This document shows, piece after piece, positions 28,686-38,992 of a DNA stretch of 64,000 nt; within the stretch, counting starts at the first letter, position 1, and each line of letters opens with the position of its first letter. The notes beneath the pieces are model-generated. The model did no database searches and was not told the DNA's origin. It worked only from the letters and a program-made list of their open reading frames with translations. Both the position numbers and the translations under genes were made by a program. Origin of the DNA: an uncultured Chloroflexia bacterium (GTDB lineage: Bacteria; Chloroflexota; Chloroflexia; Thermomicrobiales; UBA6265); NCBI GenBank assembly GCA_963724295.1, contig CAVRUC010000013.1:1-64000 (forward strand), given 5' to 3'.

Positions 28686-28735
28686 GACACCCTGCCCTCG
28701 CGAGAGGGCGTATGTCTCGATTCAGGAGACAGGCG

Positions 28736-28864
28736 ATGGAGCGGATCTTGACCAACACCGGGCTCTCCGGCCGCAACAGCGGCCGGCCCGTGGTGTGCCC
28801 ACGCGTGTGGGACATCGCACCCGGCGCTAATGGTCGGAGTCTGCCTGTCGGCGGGGATACGTGA
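28736..28864 (+). CDS. Putative 42-aa leader peptide
   Basis: CAGGAG RBS then ATG; MERILTNTGLSGRNSGRPVVCPRVWDIAPGANGRSLPVGGDT; ends 26 nt before a terminator. Confidence 0.5.
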   Translation: MERILTNTGLSGRNSGRPVVCPRVWDIAPGANGRSLPVGGDT

Positions 28865-28890
28865 TCGAACGGCATCACGCAGCACTTCCC

Positions 28891-28932
28891 ACCGCGGGCA
28901 GAGGATAGACCTCTCGCCCGCGGTTCTTTTTT
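28891..28932 (+). terminator. Intrinsic terminator (putative attenuator) upstream of the ABC exporter
   Basis: ACCGCGGGC(A)GAGG...CCTC(TC)GCCCGCGGT stem followed by TCTTTTTT. Confidence 0.75.
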
Positions 28933-29010
28933 GCCCGCGTTGTGTCGAGAGGTTGGTTCGAGCGCTGCAAGTGCACGAACAGCAGGGAGCAGCGAGAAGG
29001 GACAGGGATC

Positions 29011-29895
29011 ATGGTCTTGACGCTGGAGCGGCCAACAGAAGTAACCCAACCCGAACCACGGATCGCCAGGAGTCGCATCACCGAGCCGGCGGCCATGGTC
29101 GACCATGTCAGCAAAGTCTTCATCCAGCGCCCGCTGTTCCGGCGCGGAAAGACCAAGGAAGTCCACGCGGTCGATGACGTCTCCTTTACGGTCGCCCGCA
29201 ACGAGATCTTCGGCATCCTCGGCGCCAACGGCTCCGGGAAGTCGACGCTCATCCGTATGCTCTCGACGCTGCTGATCCCGGACTCCGGTCGGGTCGAGGT
29301 GTTCGGGTACGACGTGCGGCGCGATGAAGCGGAAGTCAAGCGCCTGATCAACCGCGTCTCGGTCGAAGCGTCGTTCTTCAAGAAGCTGTCGCCGGGCGAG
29401 AACCTCGCCTACGCGCTGCGCCTCTACGGGCGGAGCGGACCGGGGGTGCGCGACGAGACCTACGCCGTCCTGGAGCGGCTGGGGGTCGCGCGCGACAAGG
29501 TGACCGAGCCGCTGGAGCAGTTGTCGCGCGGGATGCAGCAGAAGGTGGCCATCGCTCGCGCCCTGCTGACCTCACCAGTGCTGCTGCTGCTCGACGAGCC
29601 GACCACCGGACTCGACCCGCGCTCGAAGCTCGACGTGCAGAGGTTCGTACGCGAGCTGCGCGAGGGGCACGACGCGACGATCCTGCTCTGTACGCATGAC
29701 ATGGCCGAGGCGGCTGCCCTCTGCGATCGCGTCGCCATTCTGGACAAAGGACGCCTGGTCGCGCTCGACAGCGTAGTCGGGTTGCAACAGCGGTTCGGAG
29801 GAGAGATCAGCGCGACTGAGCCGACGCTGGAGGACGTCTTCATCCACCTGACCGGACGGTCGCTCGAGGACGATGACGAAGGAGGCAACGAATGA
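29011..29895 (+). CDS. ABC exporter ATP-binding protein (DrrA-like)
   Basis: GANGSGKST, LSRGMQQK, LLLDEPTTGLD. Confidence 0.9.
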   Translation: MVLTLERPTEVTQPEPRIARSRITEPAAMVDHVSKVFIQRPLFRRGKTKEVHAVDDVSFTVARNEIFGILGANGSGKSTLIRMLSTLLIPDSGRVEVFGYDVRRDEAEVKRLINRVSVEASFFKKLSPGENLAYALRLYGRSGPGVRDETYAVLERLGVARDKVTEPLEQLSRGMQQKVAIARALLTSPVLLLLDEPTTGLDPRSKLDVQRFVRELREGHDATILLCTHDMAEAAALCDRVAILDKGRLVALDSVVGLQQRFGGEISATEPTLEDVFIHLTGRSLEDDDEGGNE

Positions 29896-30762
29896 ACCAG
29901 TCGCTGCGTCCGGCGGCGAACCCGCTGCCGGGCGCCGGGCCCTGGTGGGAGGCGCGCGCTTCGCTGGCGTTCGTCGAACGGAATCTGTATCTGGTCCGCC
30001 GCTACTGGCACCTGGAACTGGCGTTCCTGATCTTCAACGTGGCATCGGCGATGAGCGTGCTCTACATCGGCGAGGCGCAGATGCAGGCCAGCGGCGGTGG
30101 CTCGCAGGAAGGTCAGCTCGATCTGGTGCTCTATCTCGGGCATCGGCACGGTCGTCTGGGCATATCTGCGGGCCGTCTTTTCCAACGTCGGCGAGATGGT
30201 CGCCTGGGAGCGCTGGGAGGGGACGATCGAGTACACGATGATGGCGCCGATCTCACGGTTGGCGCACATGCTCGGGGTCTCGCTCTTCAGCATCATCTAC
30301 GGGCTCGCCCGCTCCGCCTTGCTGCTGGGAGTGCTGACGCTCTTCTTCAGCGTCGATCTGAGCAACGCGAACCTGGGAGGAGCCGCGCTCATCCTGCTCG
30401 TGGGGAGCGTCAGCTTCCTCGGATTCGGCATCATGGCCGCGGTGCTGCCGCTCCTGTTCCCGGAGCGAGGCGAAGAGATGACGTTCGTGATCTCTTCGAT
30501 CCTGCTCCTGGTCTCGGGGGTCTACTATCCGATCTCGGTTCTGCCGGATTGGATGGAGCCGCTGGCCACGATTTCGCCGGCGACCTATGTCCTGGAGGGC
30601 ATGCGGGCTGCGTTGTTGTTAGGAACGCCGACATCGGCCCTCGGCCCGGCGATTCTGCCAATCCTCATATTGGGTGTGCTCACGCTCCCGATTGGGGTTG
30701 CCATCTTCGGCTGGGGCGAGCGCTACGCCAAGCGGACCGGCCGCCTGAAGCGGAGTGGATAG
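29892..30762 (+). CDS. ABC-2 type permease (frameshift near 30140)
   Basis: ATGA overlap; WERWEGTIEYTMMAP, SGVYYPISVLPDWM; multiple TMs. Confidence 0.85.
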
Positions 30763-30802
30763 CAGCGCAAGCTATTGCTCTCGGGTGGGGGCAGGAGTAG
30801 AG

Positions 30803-31186
30803 TTAGGCTGATTCGAGCGCGGTGGCGACGGTGCCGAGCAGGCGATCGATTTCAAACGGCTTTGGCACGAAGCGTACGCCTGGCAGATCGACGTCCGCAT
30901 AGACCGCGCTCATCAGCACGACCGGCATGACATAGCCGCGCCGGCGCAGCTTGCGCACCAGCGAAGCGCCATCAAGGCGGGGCATGACCACGTCGGAAAC
31001 GATCAGGTCGATCTCGTCGTCGTTGATCGTGTCGAGCGCCTCTAGTCCGTCTTTGGCGTGCCGCACCAGGTAGCCCTCGTCTTCGAGAAGCGTGGCAATG
31101 ACCTCACGTATGGCCGGCTCGTCGTCGACAACCAGCACCGTCGCAGATGGGTGCGTTTCGAGGCCCTCTTGCGGGTAGCTGTGCAT
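30803..31186 (-). CDS. Single-domain response regulator receiver
   Basis: VLVVDDE, DVVMPRLDG, KPF. Confidence 0.9.
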   Translation of the reverse strand: MHSYPQEGLETHPSATVLVVDDEPAIREVIATLLEDEGYLVRHAKDGLEALDTINDDEIDLIVSDVVMPRLDGASLVRKLRRRGYVMPVVLMSAVYADVDLPGVRFVPKPFEIDRLLGTVATALESA

Positions 31187-31366
31187 CGGCTCGTCTCTCC
31201 AACCGGAATCGGGGGTTCGGCACGGATCCCGATCCGGCGCGGCACTTGCAACGAGCTATACACATTCCGTGCCTAGCGGTTTCGGATGCGTTCCCCGCAC
31301 GCACGTTTGGGCGTTTCACCATGCCCAGTCGTCTGCATCGCAGCCCGCGTGTAAGGAGAACAGAGG

Positions 31367-31939
31367 ATGGACGAGGCACGAGAAGCGGCAGATCCTCTCG
31401 TCAGTCCCAGGCAGATCGCTCTGACCTATGACCGCGTCATCTCGGCGCATTGGCGCGGCGAGACTGACACGGCGAGCGCACTGGACGCGTGGTTCGAAGC
31501 GCATTGGTCGGACGAGGCGCCTCCCGAGCCGGAAGCGCCTCCCGAGGGCACCAGTGTCCTCGGCGATTCGGGTGCAGGCATTCGCTGGTACGTGTGCGAT
31601 GACGTGGTTCTCGGCTACGTCTCCAGACGCCGCGATGGTTGCTATCGCGTCCTGATGCGGGAGGCCGTACCGTCGCTCAAAGCCTCCTGGGACCTTCTGG
31701 AGCTCGAGGCGGCGCGGCAGCCGGACACAGACCATCTCTTGCATCAGACAGGCGCACGTGAGCTGCCGGCGTCGCCGGATCACCGCGCGCTAACCGCACC
31801 AGATGCCGCGGAGCGACAGGTTAGAGAGAGCAAGGGACGCTCGGCCCCGGAGTCGGCGACTGCGGAGAGACTCGTGACGGTCCACGTCCTCGAGACATCC
31901 GCGGCCGAGAAATCCCCCGGCGTCGCGGCCGGGTCGTAA
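31367..31939 (+). CDS. Hypothetical protein
   Basis: 190-aa ORF with an AAGGAG RBS, divergent from the receiver gene. Confidence 0.6.
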   Translation: MDEAREAADPLVSPRQIALTYDRVISAHWRGETDTASALDAWFEAHWSDEAPPEPEAPPEGTSVLGDSGAGIRWYVCDDVVLGYVSRRRDGCYRVLMREAVPSLKASWDLLELEAARQPDTDHLLHQTGARELPASPDHRALTAPDAAERQVRESKGRSAPESATAERLVTVHVLETSAAEKSPGVAAGS

Positions 31940-31991
31940 GCGGCGGCGGTCTCGCCGTCCGCCGCTGCCTGCCGAACGCCGGCTGTTGTCT

Positions 31992-32879
31992 TTACAGTCC
32001 CGGTTCAGTTCCCTTGGCGATCGGCACGCCGACCATGCTGCCCCACTCCGTCCAGGAGCCGTCGTAGTTGCGCACGTCGGGGTAGCCCAGCAGCTCACGC
32101 AGCACGAACCAGGTGTGGCTCGAGCGCTCTCCTATCCGGCAGTAGGCAATCACATTCTTGTCCGGAGTAATGCCCTTGCCGCCGTAGATCTCTTTGAGCT
32201 GCTCCGGGCTCTTGAAGGTGCCGTCCTCGTTGGCCGCGGTCGCCCAGGGGATGCTCTTGGCGCCCAGCACGTGGCCGCCTCGCTGCGCGCCCTCCTGCGC
32301 GTAACCCGCCATGTGCAGCACCTCGCCCGTGTACTCGGGCACGGAGCGGACGTCGACCAGCGCTGGCGCGCCGGAGTTGACCTGCTTCAGCACATCGTCG
32401 CGGTAGGCACGGATGCGCTCGTCCGGCTCCTGCGCCGTATACGTCGTTTCCGGGTAGGAGGGAACATCGCGCGACATGGGCCGACCCTCGGCCTCCCACT
32501 TGGCACGACCGCCGTTCATCACCCGCGCGTCGCGATGCCCGAAATACTTGAATAGCCAGTAGGCGTAGGTGGCGTACCAGTTGTTGCGGTCGCCGTAGAA
32601 CACGACGGTCGTGTCGTTGCCGATGCCGTTCTTGCCCAACAGCGCTTCGAAACCTGCCTTGTCGAGAAAATCGCGTTTCACCTGATCCTGCAGGTCGGTG
32701 TGCCAGTCGAGGTTGATCGCGCCGGGGATATGCCCCATGTCGTAGAGGAGGACGTCCTCATCCGACTCGACGATGCGCACGTTCGGGTCGTCCAGATGCT
32801 CGGCGACCCAGTCGGTCGAGACGAGCACCTCCGGGTGGGCGTATCCACTTTCGGCGAAGCGAGAATCGGTCGTGACCAT
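31992..32879 (-). CDS. Two-domain sulfurtransferase (rhodanese)
   Basis: [14 protein letters not shown] active site, YDGSWTEW. Confidence 0.92.
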   Translation of the reverse strand: MVTTDSRFAESGYAHPEVLVSTDWVAEHLDDPNVRIVESDEDVLLYDMGHIPGAINLDWHTDLQDQVKRDFLDKAGFEALLGKNGIGNDTTVVFYGDRNNWYATYAYWLFKYFGHRDARVMNGGRAKWEAEGRPMSRDVPSYPETTYTAQEPDERIRAYRDDVLKQVNSGAPALVDVRSVPEYTGEVLHMAGYAQEGAQRGGHVLGAKSIPWATAANEDGTFKSPEQLKEIYGGKGITPDKNVIAYCRIGERSSHTWFVLRELLGYPDVRNYDGSWTEWGSMVGVPIAKGTEPGL

Positions 32880-33002
32880 AACTGCCTCCTGTCGACGATG
32901 ATGCATCTTGACAACCGCCGCTCATTGGGCGAACACGGCGCATGCAAGCGGCGAGGATATTCTAAGGTTCTACATCAACAACCACAAGAACGGCTCGGGT
33001 CG

Positions 33003-33767
33003 TCAGCCTCGCGATCCCGCGACCCAGTTGGCGATGTTCTGCCAGAGCGTCTGGTACCCGTCCCACTCGACGAACGCGGGCGGCGCCCAATGCGGTCCGC
33101 AATCGGAGGCAAAGGCCACCGATCTTCCTTGCCCGAAATCCCACCCGGCGAGTAGCGGATCATCACCCGCCATCGCCACCGTTACCGCCTCCGGTCGCGC
33201 CGTCAGCCGGTTGTAGCCCAGGATCTCCGGCCAGATCGGGGGCAGTCCGGCAGCCAGGGGATGATCGGGCGCACAGACCGTCGGTGCGACCCCTTCCGGC
33301 CGTTCGACCCGATCGTCGACGGGGGAGAGCATCACCGGCAGCGACTCTTCGACCGCCGATCCGGCATAGCGGCCCTTCCCTTCGATACCCTGAAAGGTCA
33401 GGTAGCCACCGACCATGATCAGCCCACCGCCGGCGGCGACCCAGTCCCGCAGCAGCGTGAGCCGGTTCGGTGCGGAGCGTGAACGCTCAAAGGTATCCGG
33501 TGAAAGGAGCAGCGAGTTCGACCCGATATCGCTGAGGATCACCAGGCCGTACCCGTCCAACTCCGCCAGCGACGTCGGAAACGCCTCAGGGGCAAGATGA
33601 TTGGGAAGATGTTCGACCTCCCAGTCTCCGGCCTCCAACGCCGCTTGCAACCACTTGTGCCCTGTGCCGTAGGCTGTGGTCGTGAAGGTGTCGAACCCCT
33701 TCTGGTGGATCGTGTGCATGATCCACGATTCCCCGGCGATCAATGCCCGGCGTGGCCCCGCTGCCAT
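33003..33767 (-). CDS. GATase1-like (DUF1355-type) protein
   Basis: LIAGESW, ILSDIGSN, MVGGYLTFQG, SDCGPHWAP. Confidence 0.85.
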   Translation of the reverse strand: MAAGPRRALIAGESWIMHTIHQKGFDTFTTTAYGTGHKWLQAALEAGDWEVEHLPNHLAPEAFPTSLAELDGYGLVILSDIGSNSLLLSPDTFERSRSAPNRLTLLRDWVAAGGGLIMVGGYLTFQGIEGKGRYAGSAVEESLPVMLSPVDDRVERPEGVAPTVCAPDHPLAAGLPPIWPEILGYNRLTARPEAVTVAMAGDDPLLAGWDFGQGRSVAFASDCGPHWAPPAFVEWDGYQTLWQNIANWVAGSRG

Positions 33768-33814
33768 TCGTCCTCCACACGTCTTGCGGCTCACCTGATA
33801 ATCAGGTAGCCGGT

Positions 33815-34204
33815 TCACGAACCAAGCCGGAGCAGCCTCAGGTTCGGCATCGGATAGTCTTTGACATTATTCGTGACGAGGGTCGAGTCCGTAACAACGG
33901 CCGTCGCCGCCATCAGGGCATCCGGAATCTGGAGCGCTCGGCCCTGGCGAGCCAGGTCGAAACGGAAGATGCCCGCCAGCACCGCCGCCTCCCGCGAGAT
34001 GTCCCAATACTCGAAATCCGCGATCCATCGCTCCCATCGCCCGCGTTGGGGAACTGGTACGCCAGCCAGGAACTCAGCCACCGATATGGCACAGACACCG
34101 AGGATTCCGCCAGAGGCGACCACCGCGTTCAGCGAGGTCAACACGTCTCCGAAGTTCTTCGACAGGTCAATGAGGACGGTGGTGTCGAGCAGCAGCCGAT
34201 CCAC
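33815..34204 (-). CDS. vapC: PIN-domain VapC toxin
   Basis: LLDTTVLID, SVAEF, DALMAATA, LVTNNVKDY. Confidence 0.88.
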   Translation of the reverse strand: MDRLLLDTTVLIDLSKNFGDVLTSLNAVVASGGILGVCAISVAEFLAGVPVPQRGRWERWIADFEYWDISREAAVLAGIFRFDLARQGRALQIPDALMAATAVVTDSTLVTNNVKDYPMPNLRLLRLGS

Positions 34205-34209
34205 GGCGC

Positions 34210-34494
34210 TCAGCTATTAGGCGTTGTCGAAACGCCCACGGAATCTCCTCGCCGTAGCGCCCGAACCCACTCAGCAGCAGCTTCCGGTGTTTCCCAACCC
34301 GGGATATCGACGTCGGCCAATGAGCCAGCCATCTCGGAGAGGCTCGTCTGTAGTCTTTGGCGCCGGAGTTTTTCCTCCACCGCCTCCTGAACAAATCGGC
34401 TTCGTCTGCGCGGCCCAACTTGGGCGTCGATTTCTTCAACTAATTCAGTTGGCATCACGATGTGCGCCCGCCGCTGTCTGGCATCAACAACCAT
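34210..34494 (-). CDS. Ribbon-helix-helix antitoxin (VapB-like)
   Basis: RAHIVMPTELVEEIDAQVGPRRRSRFVQEAVEEKL directly upstream of the PIN gene. Confidence 0.75.
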   Translation of the reverse strand: MVVDARQRRAHIVMPTELVEEIDAQVGPRRRSRFVQEAVEEKLRRQRLQTSLSEMAGSLADVDIPGWETPEAAAEWVRALRRGDSVGVSTTPNS

Positions 34495-34673
34495 CGGTGC
34501 TCTCTTCGTTTCCAACACTAGGCCTGAACGAATCAATCTCCTGAAACAGTTGGTTAGCAGTCACCATGTGTGCCCTTCGTCGTCAGGAAGATCCGTCTGG
34601 CACTTCCGCCTCCCGTCCGAGGAGCATAGCACACGGCTGTGTGACACAGCGTAATGGAACCCTGTTGGTTCCG

Positions 34674-35165
34674 CTACGCGACCTCCTGAATCTTGCCCGT
34701 CTTAACGTCGTAGATGAACCCGGTTACCGCCGTGTCTTTCGCGATCAGCGGCGAGGAGCGGATCAGCTCGACGTCGTCGCGCACGCTCTGCTCCAGGTCG
34801 TTGAAAGGCAGGAAGTCGATGTCGGAGGCGTCCGCACCCAACTGCTCCTGGCAGATGCCATAGAGGGTGGGATTGTCGAAGGTCAGCATGCCGCAATCGG
34901 TATGATGCACGACCAGCACTTCCTGAGTCCCCAGCAGGCGCTGGGAGATGACCAGTGAGCGCAGCGCATCGGCCGCGCGGCCACCCGCGTTGCGAATGAC
35001 GTGGGCATCGCCTTCTTCCAAGCCAAGCGCTTTGGCCGGGTCGAGTCGGGCATCCATACAGGCGACGACCGCAACCTTTCGCCCGGGCGGCATCGGCAGG
35101 TCACCCTTGGTGAATTCCGCGGCGTAGGCGTCGTTTGCAGCACGGACCTCGTCGAGCAGCGCCAT
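34674..35165 (-). CDS. Beta-class carbonic anhydrase (clade D-like)
   Basis: CMDARL, IRNAGG, HHTDCG zinc ligands. Confidence 0.9.
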   Translation of the reverse strand: MALLDEVRAANDAYAAEFTKGDLPMPPGRKVAVVACMDARLDPAKALGLEEGDAHVIRNAGGRAADALRSLVISQRLLGTQEVLVVHHTDCGMLTFDNPTLYGICQEQLGADASDIDFLPFNDLEQSVRDDVELIRSSPLIAKDTAVTGFIYDVKTGKIQEVA

Positions 35166-35403
35166 GCAAGTCTCCCTCTCGTTAGCTGATTCCCTATCCG
35201 CTATAAATTGATCCAGAACTGAAGAATAGCGCCCGATGGAAATCGATTCAACCCGTGACTGGATGACGGGCTGTTAGATCCACTAGCTGTTGAATACTCG
35301 AGCGAAGGCGACGATCGTCCACACGATCGTCCTTACGCGCCGACTACTTCTCGGTGTCGCTACCCCTCGCCTTACCGACTTCCCGACTCTCCGACTTTCC
35401 GAC

Positions 35404-36606
35404 TCACCGACTTGCGTCCAGGTAGCGCAAAGCGACATTGGTCATCGACTCCATGCCGATCGCCAATGCGGCCTCGTCCAGGTCAAACCGCGGGTGGTGG
35501 TGACCCCAGACAAGCCCGCGCTCCGGGTTCTGGCTACCAACGAACCAGAACGCCCCCGGCACCGCTTCCAGGAAGTACGAGAAATCCTCGGCGCCCATCA
35601 TCAGCGGCGCCTCGCGCACGCCTTCCTCGCCGACCACCCTGGCCGCCTCCTCGCGCACCAGCTCCGTCATTTCCGGGTGGTTGACCGTCGCTGGGTAGCC
35701 CCGCGTGTAGGTGTAGTCGACGGCGCCGCCCATGGCCGTGGCGATGCCTCGAGCCAGCGTCCCGATCCGTTCCTCGAGCAGATCCCGATTCTTGGCGTTG
35801 AAGGTACGCACGGTTCCGCCCAGCTCCGCGGTATCGGGGATGACGTTGAACGCGAGCCCGGCTTGAAACGTGCCGACGGTGACGACCGCCTCTTCGGTCG
35901 GGTCGATCGCGCGCGCGACCAACGTCTGCAGCGCGGTCACGATCTGCGCTCCGATCACGATCGGGTCAATCGAATCCTGGGGCTTCGCTCCATGCCCGCC
36001 CTTGCCCCGGATGATCATGTGGAAGCGATCGGCCGCGGCCATCGCCGGACCCGACCGCAGCTCGATCACGCCGACCGGATTGTCCTGGTCGATATGCAAG
36101 CCGAACGCGGCGTCGACCTTGGGGTCCTCCAGAACGCCGGCGTCGATCATCGGCTTGGCGCCCCCCGGTGGCGACTCCTCCGCCGGCTGAAACAGCACCT
36201 TCACCGTGCCAGCGAACTCGTCGCGGCGGTCCATCAGCAGCCGTGCCACACCAAGCAGCATCGCCGTGTGCGCGTCGTGGCCGCAGGCGTGCATCACACC
36301 CGGCGTTTGCGACCGGTACTCGACGTCGTTTTCTTCGAGAATCGGCAGGGCATCCATGTCGGCACGCAGGAGAACGGTTTTCCCCTCGCCCGGCCTCCGT
36401 CCCCGGATAAGACCGGTCACGCCGGTCTGCGCGATGCCGGTGCGCACATCTTCGACACCCAGCGCGCGCAACCGGTCGGCCACGATGCTGGCCGTACGGA
36501 CTTCCTGAAACGCGAGCTCCGGGTGCTCGTGAAAATCGCGCCGGTCCGCCACCACACCGGGCATGATCTCGTCGATTTCGTCGCGCAACGCCGTCGCCTG
36601 AACCAC
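35404..36606 (-). CDS. M20 family amidohydrolase
   Basis: HEHPEL, LRADMDALP, MHACGHDAH, FQPAEE, AEDFS, HHPRF. Confidence 0.92.
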   Translation of the reverse strand: MVQATALRDEIDEIMPGVVADRRDFHEHPELAFQEVRTASIVADRLRALGVEDVRTGIAQTGVTGLIRGRRPGEGKTVLLRADMDALPILEENDVEYRSQTPGVMHACGHDAHTAMLLGVARLLMDRRDEFAGTVKVLFQPAEESPPGGAKPMIDAGVLEDPKVDAAFGLHIDQDNPVGVIELRSGPAMAAADRFHMIIRGKGGHGAKPQDSIDPIVIGAQIVTALQTLVARAIDPTEEAVVTVGTFQAGLAFNVIPDTAELGGTVRTFNAKNRDLLEERIGTLARGIATAMGGAVDYTYTRGYPATVNHPEMTELVREEAARVVGEEGVREAPLMMGAEDFSYFLEAVPGAFWFVGSQNPERGLVWGHHHPRFDLDEAALAIGMESMTNVALRYLDASR

Positions 36607-36757
36607 CTGATCGTCCTCCCTGGAGCCGAATGCTGATTGACTATCCACGATAGCAGAGCCTCACGTTCCAGTACCGGGGAGCCGGCAAGGACGTCCCCAC
36701 GCGCCAGGATCGCGCCGCGTGTTAGCCTGCCGGGGAAGGGGGTGAAGGGAGCGACCT

Positions 36758-37060
36758 GTGACTGATAGCGAGAATGCCGAAGGAGGATCTCCGCCCGGGG
36801 TAACGGAAGCGGAGGCGACACGTCTGGCCTGGCAGGCGGTTGAGCTCGCCGGTGGCGCGCGGATGATCTACCGTAATCCGCGCCAGCCGTTCAGCCCGAA
36901 CGCGCGCAAGGTCTTCGACCTCGAGGGGCACCCGATCGAGGTCCGCTGGGGCGAGATCAGCTCCCCGGCGATCGTCACTGCCGTTGGCTACGTCTTCGAG
37001 ATCCACGACCAGGGAATCGAGCTGCTCATTCGCCCTCCCCGACCCCGGCCACCGCGGTAG
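36758..37060 (+). CDS. Hypothetical protein
   Basis: 100-aa ORF with a GAAGGGAG RBS. Confidence 0.6.
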   Translation: MTDSENAEGGSPPGVTEAEATRLAWQAVELAGGARMIYRNPRQPFSPNARKVFDLEGHPIEVRWGEISSPAIVTAVGYVFEIHDQGIELLIRPPRPRPPR

Positions 37061-37089
37061 CTCGCTTTAGATCGGCAGCGGCGCACCGC

Positions 37090-37578
37090 TCACCGCGACT
37101 CCAGCAGCGCCTCGATGTCGTCAAGATGATTACGGCGGTGATCGGCCCGCTCGAGCTTCACCTGGTTCAGGCGGCGGATCTCCCCCACCAGCGTCGCCGG
37201 TGTCGCGGCCGCGGCCCGGTCGGCTGCTTCCGCCGCCTCCACAACCTCGGCGACGATCTCCCGGGGAGGAATTCTGCGCGTCAGGTGCGGCAGGGCCGCA
37301 TTGATCGTCTCGTAATCGTACGGTGAGGCAAAGACCCCTTCGGCCGCGAATCGCTCCAGGAGAACCGCCGCCCGCCGATCGTAGAACGCCAGATGAGCCA
37401 GTGCGTCGGCGATCGTCCAACCGTCCGGCAATTCGCGCCTCAGATCATCGTCACTCAGCCGCGCGACGAGCCGTCGTAGGCGCTCGAGCTGTTCCCGGTT
37501 CTGGGCGACATGATCTGAACTGGTGTCCAAGGCAGAATCCTCTCCCGGCGCCGTATGCCCCGTGTGCCGCTGCGACAT
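37090..37578 (-). CDS. DinB/mycothiol-dependent isomerase N-terminal-like protein
   Basis: GWTIADALAHLAFYD...HRRNHLDDI; start uncertain. Confidence 0.75.
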   Translation of the reverse strand: MSQRHTGHTAPGEDSALDTSSDHVAQNREQLERLRRLVARLSDDDLRRELPDGWTIADALAHLAFYDRRAAVLLERFAAEGVFASPYDYETINAALPHLTRRIPPREIVAEVVEAAEAADRAAAATPATLVGEIRRLNQVKLERADHRRNHLDDIEALLESR

Positions 37579-37580
37579 TG

Positions 37581-38942
37581 TCAAGGGCGGTTGCTCTCCC
37601 CAGGAACTGGCTCCTCCGTGGCGGCCGTTCGAGACAGCACATCGGCGCTCCACCCCGGTGCGCCATTCGTGGTCTCCGGCGCTACTGCGGGACCCCCGTC
37701 ACTGCTTGTTTCCGGAACTAATGGAGAGAATGCCGGCGGCGAGACCGAGCCACGCATCCACCGCCAGCCGGGCAACGCGGATAGCCCGGCCAGCTTTGCC
37801 TCCCGCCGCGCCTCGGTGTAATGGGACAGCATGACCTGGATGACGGCCGCAATCGGGATTGCCAGCAATGCCCCGGCGATCCCGGCAAACTCCGTCCCGA
37901 CGAGAATCGCGATGAAAACGGTCAGCGGCGTCAAGCCGACGGCGCCGCGCATGACGCGAGGCACCAGAACTGCGTTCTCCGTGAGCTGCAGCAGGACGAC
38001 AAATCCGATGACGAGGACCGCCTTTTCCCATCCCTGGGTCAGGGCGATGATAACCGCGGGGATCCCTCCTAACCACGGCCCCAGGATCGGAATGATTTCA
38101 GTAATCCCAGCCCACAGACCGAGGAGCGGCCAGAACTGAATGCCCATCACCGCGTAGCCGATGGTGGCGGTGACGCCGATGACCAGGCAGAGGGTCAACT
38201 GACCTCGAAGCCAGTCTCCGACCTTTTGTTCGACCTCGTCCCATATACGACTGACGCGGATGCGCGTCTCTGGAGCGGAGTCGAGCAGCATGATGCGTCG
38301 AATCCACGATTTCTCCATCAGGTAGTAGTAGGAGATGATGAGAACCGTCACCAGGCCGACGACCCCGCCGCCGAGTCCCGTGAGCAGACCCAGCGCGGCG
38401 CCCTGCGGCACACTGACCCCCTGAGCCTGACCAGGACTCTCGATGAAGGCGATCCCACGACCGAGCAGTTGCTGGCCGGGACCGGCGAGGAGCGCGTTTC
38501 CACTCTCCAGCCAGGCGGCGCGTAATTCGGCGAGCGATTGCGGCGCTTGCTCGCGGAACGCCGTGGCCTGCTCTCGGATCGCGGGAGAGAGGAGCATGAA
38601 CAGCACGGTGAACGCGCCGATGATTCCGATGTAGACAAGCAGGATCGCCAGCGGCCGCGGAAAGTGCCGTCGCGCCAGCGCATCAACTGGGGTCTGAATC
38701 ACAGTCGCGAACACCAGCGAGAGCAGGACCAGCACCAGCACGAACTGGATCTGGATCAGCACGTAGCCGACGACCAGAACCAGGAGCAGCGTAATAGGAG
38801 TCAGGCCGACGCGACGGTCGCTCGGGACGAGCTTCGCCGGCGGCTCGTCATTTGTCGGCGCGGTCGGGCGCGCTGGAGACAGCCGTTGTGGGTGAGCCGG
38901 ATCTCTCGCGTCGATGCTCACACCCTCAACCTTGCCTCTCAC
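37581..38942 (-). CDS. AI-2E family transporter
   Basis: Many TMs; WLRGQL, EIIPILGP, ENAVLVPRVM, GALLAIP. Confidence 0.88.
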   Translation of the reverse strand: MRGKVEGVSIDARDPAHPQRLSPARPTAPTNDEPPAKLVPSDRRVGLTPITLLLVLVVGYVLIQIQFVLVLVLLSLVFATVIQTPVDALARRHFPRPLAILLVYIGIIGAFTVLFMLLSPAIREQATAFREQAPQSLAELRAAWLESGNALLAGPGQQLLGRGIAFIESPGQAQGVSVPQGAALGLLTGLGGGVVGLVTVLIISYYYLMEKSWIRRIMLLDSAPETRIRVSRIWDEVEQKVGDWLRGQLTLCLVIGVTATIGYAVMGIQFWPLLGLWAGITEIIPILGPWLGGIPAVIIALTQGWEKAVLVIGFVVLLQLTENAVLVPRVMRGAVGLTPLTVFIAILVGTEFAGIAGALLAIPIAAVIQVMLSHYTEARREAKLAGLSALPGWRWMRGSVSPPAFSPLVPETSSDGGPAVAPETTNGAPGWSADVLSRTAATEEPVPGESNRP

Positions 38943-38992
38943 CTTCTGCGCGGGTCGGTCCGGGACTGGCCACCAATGCGGCGAAGTGAGCG

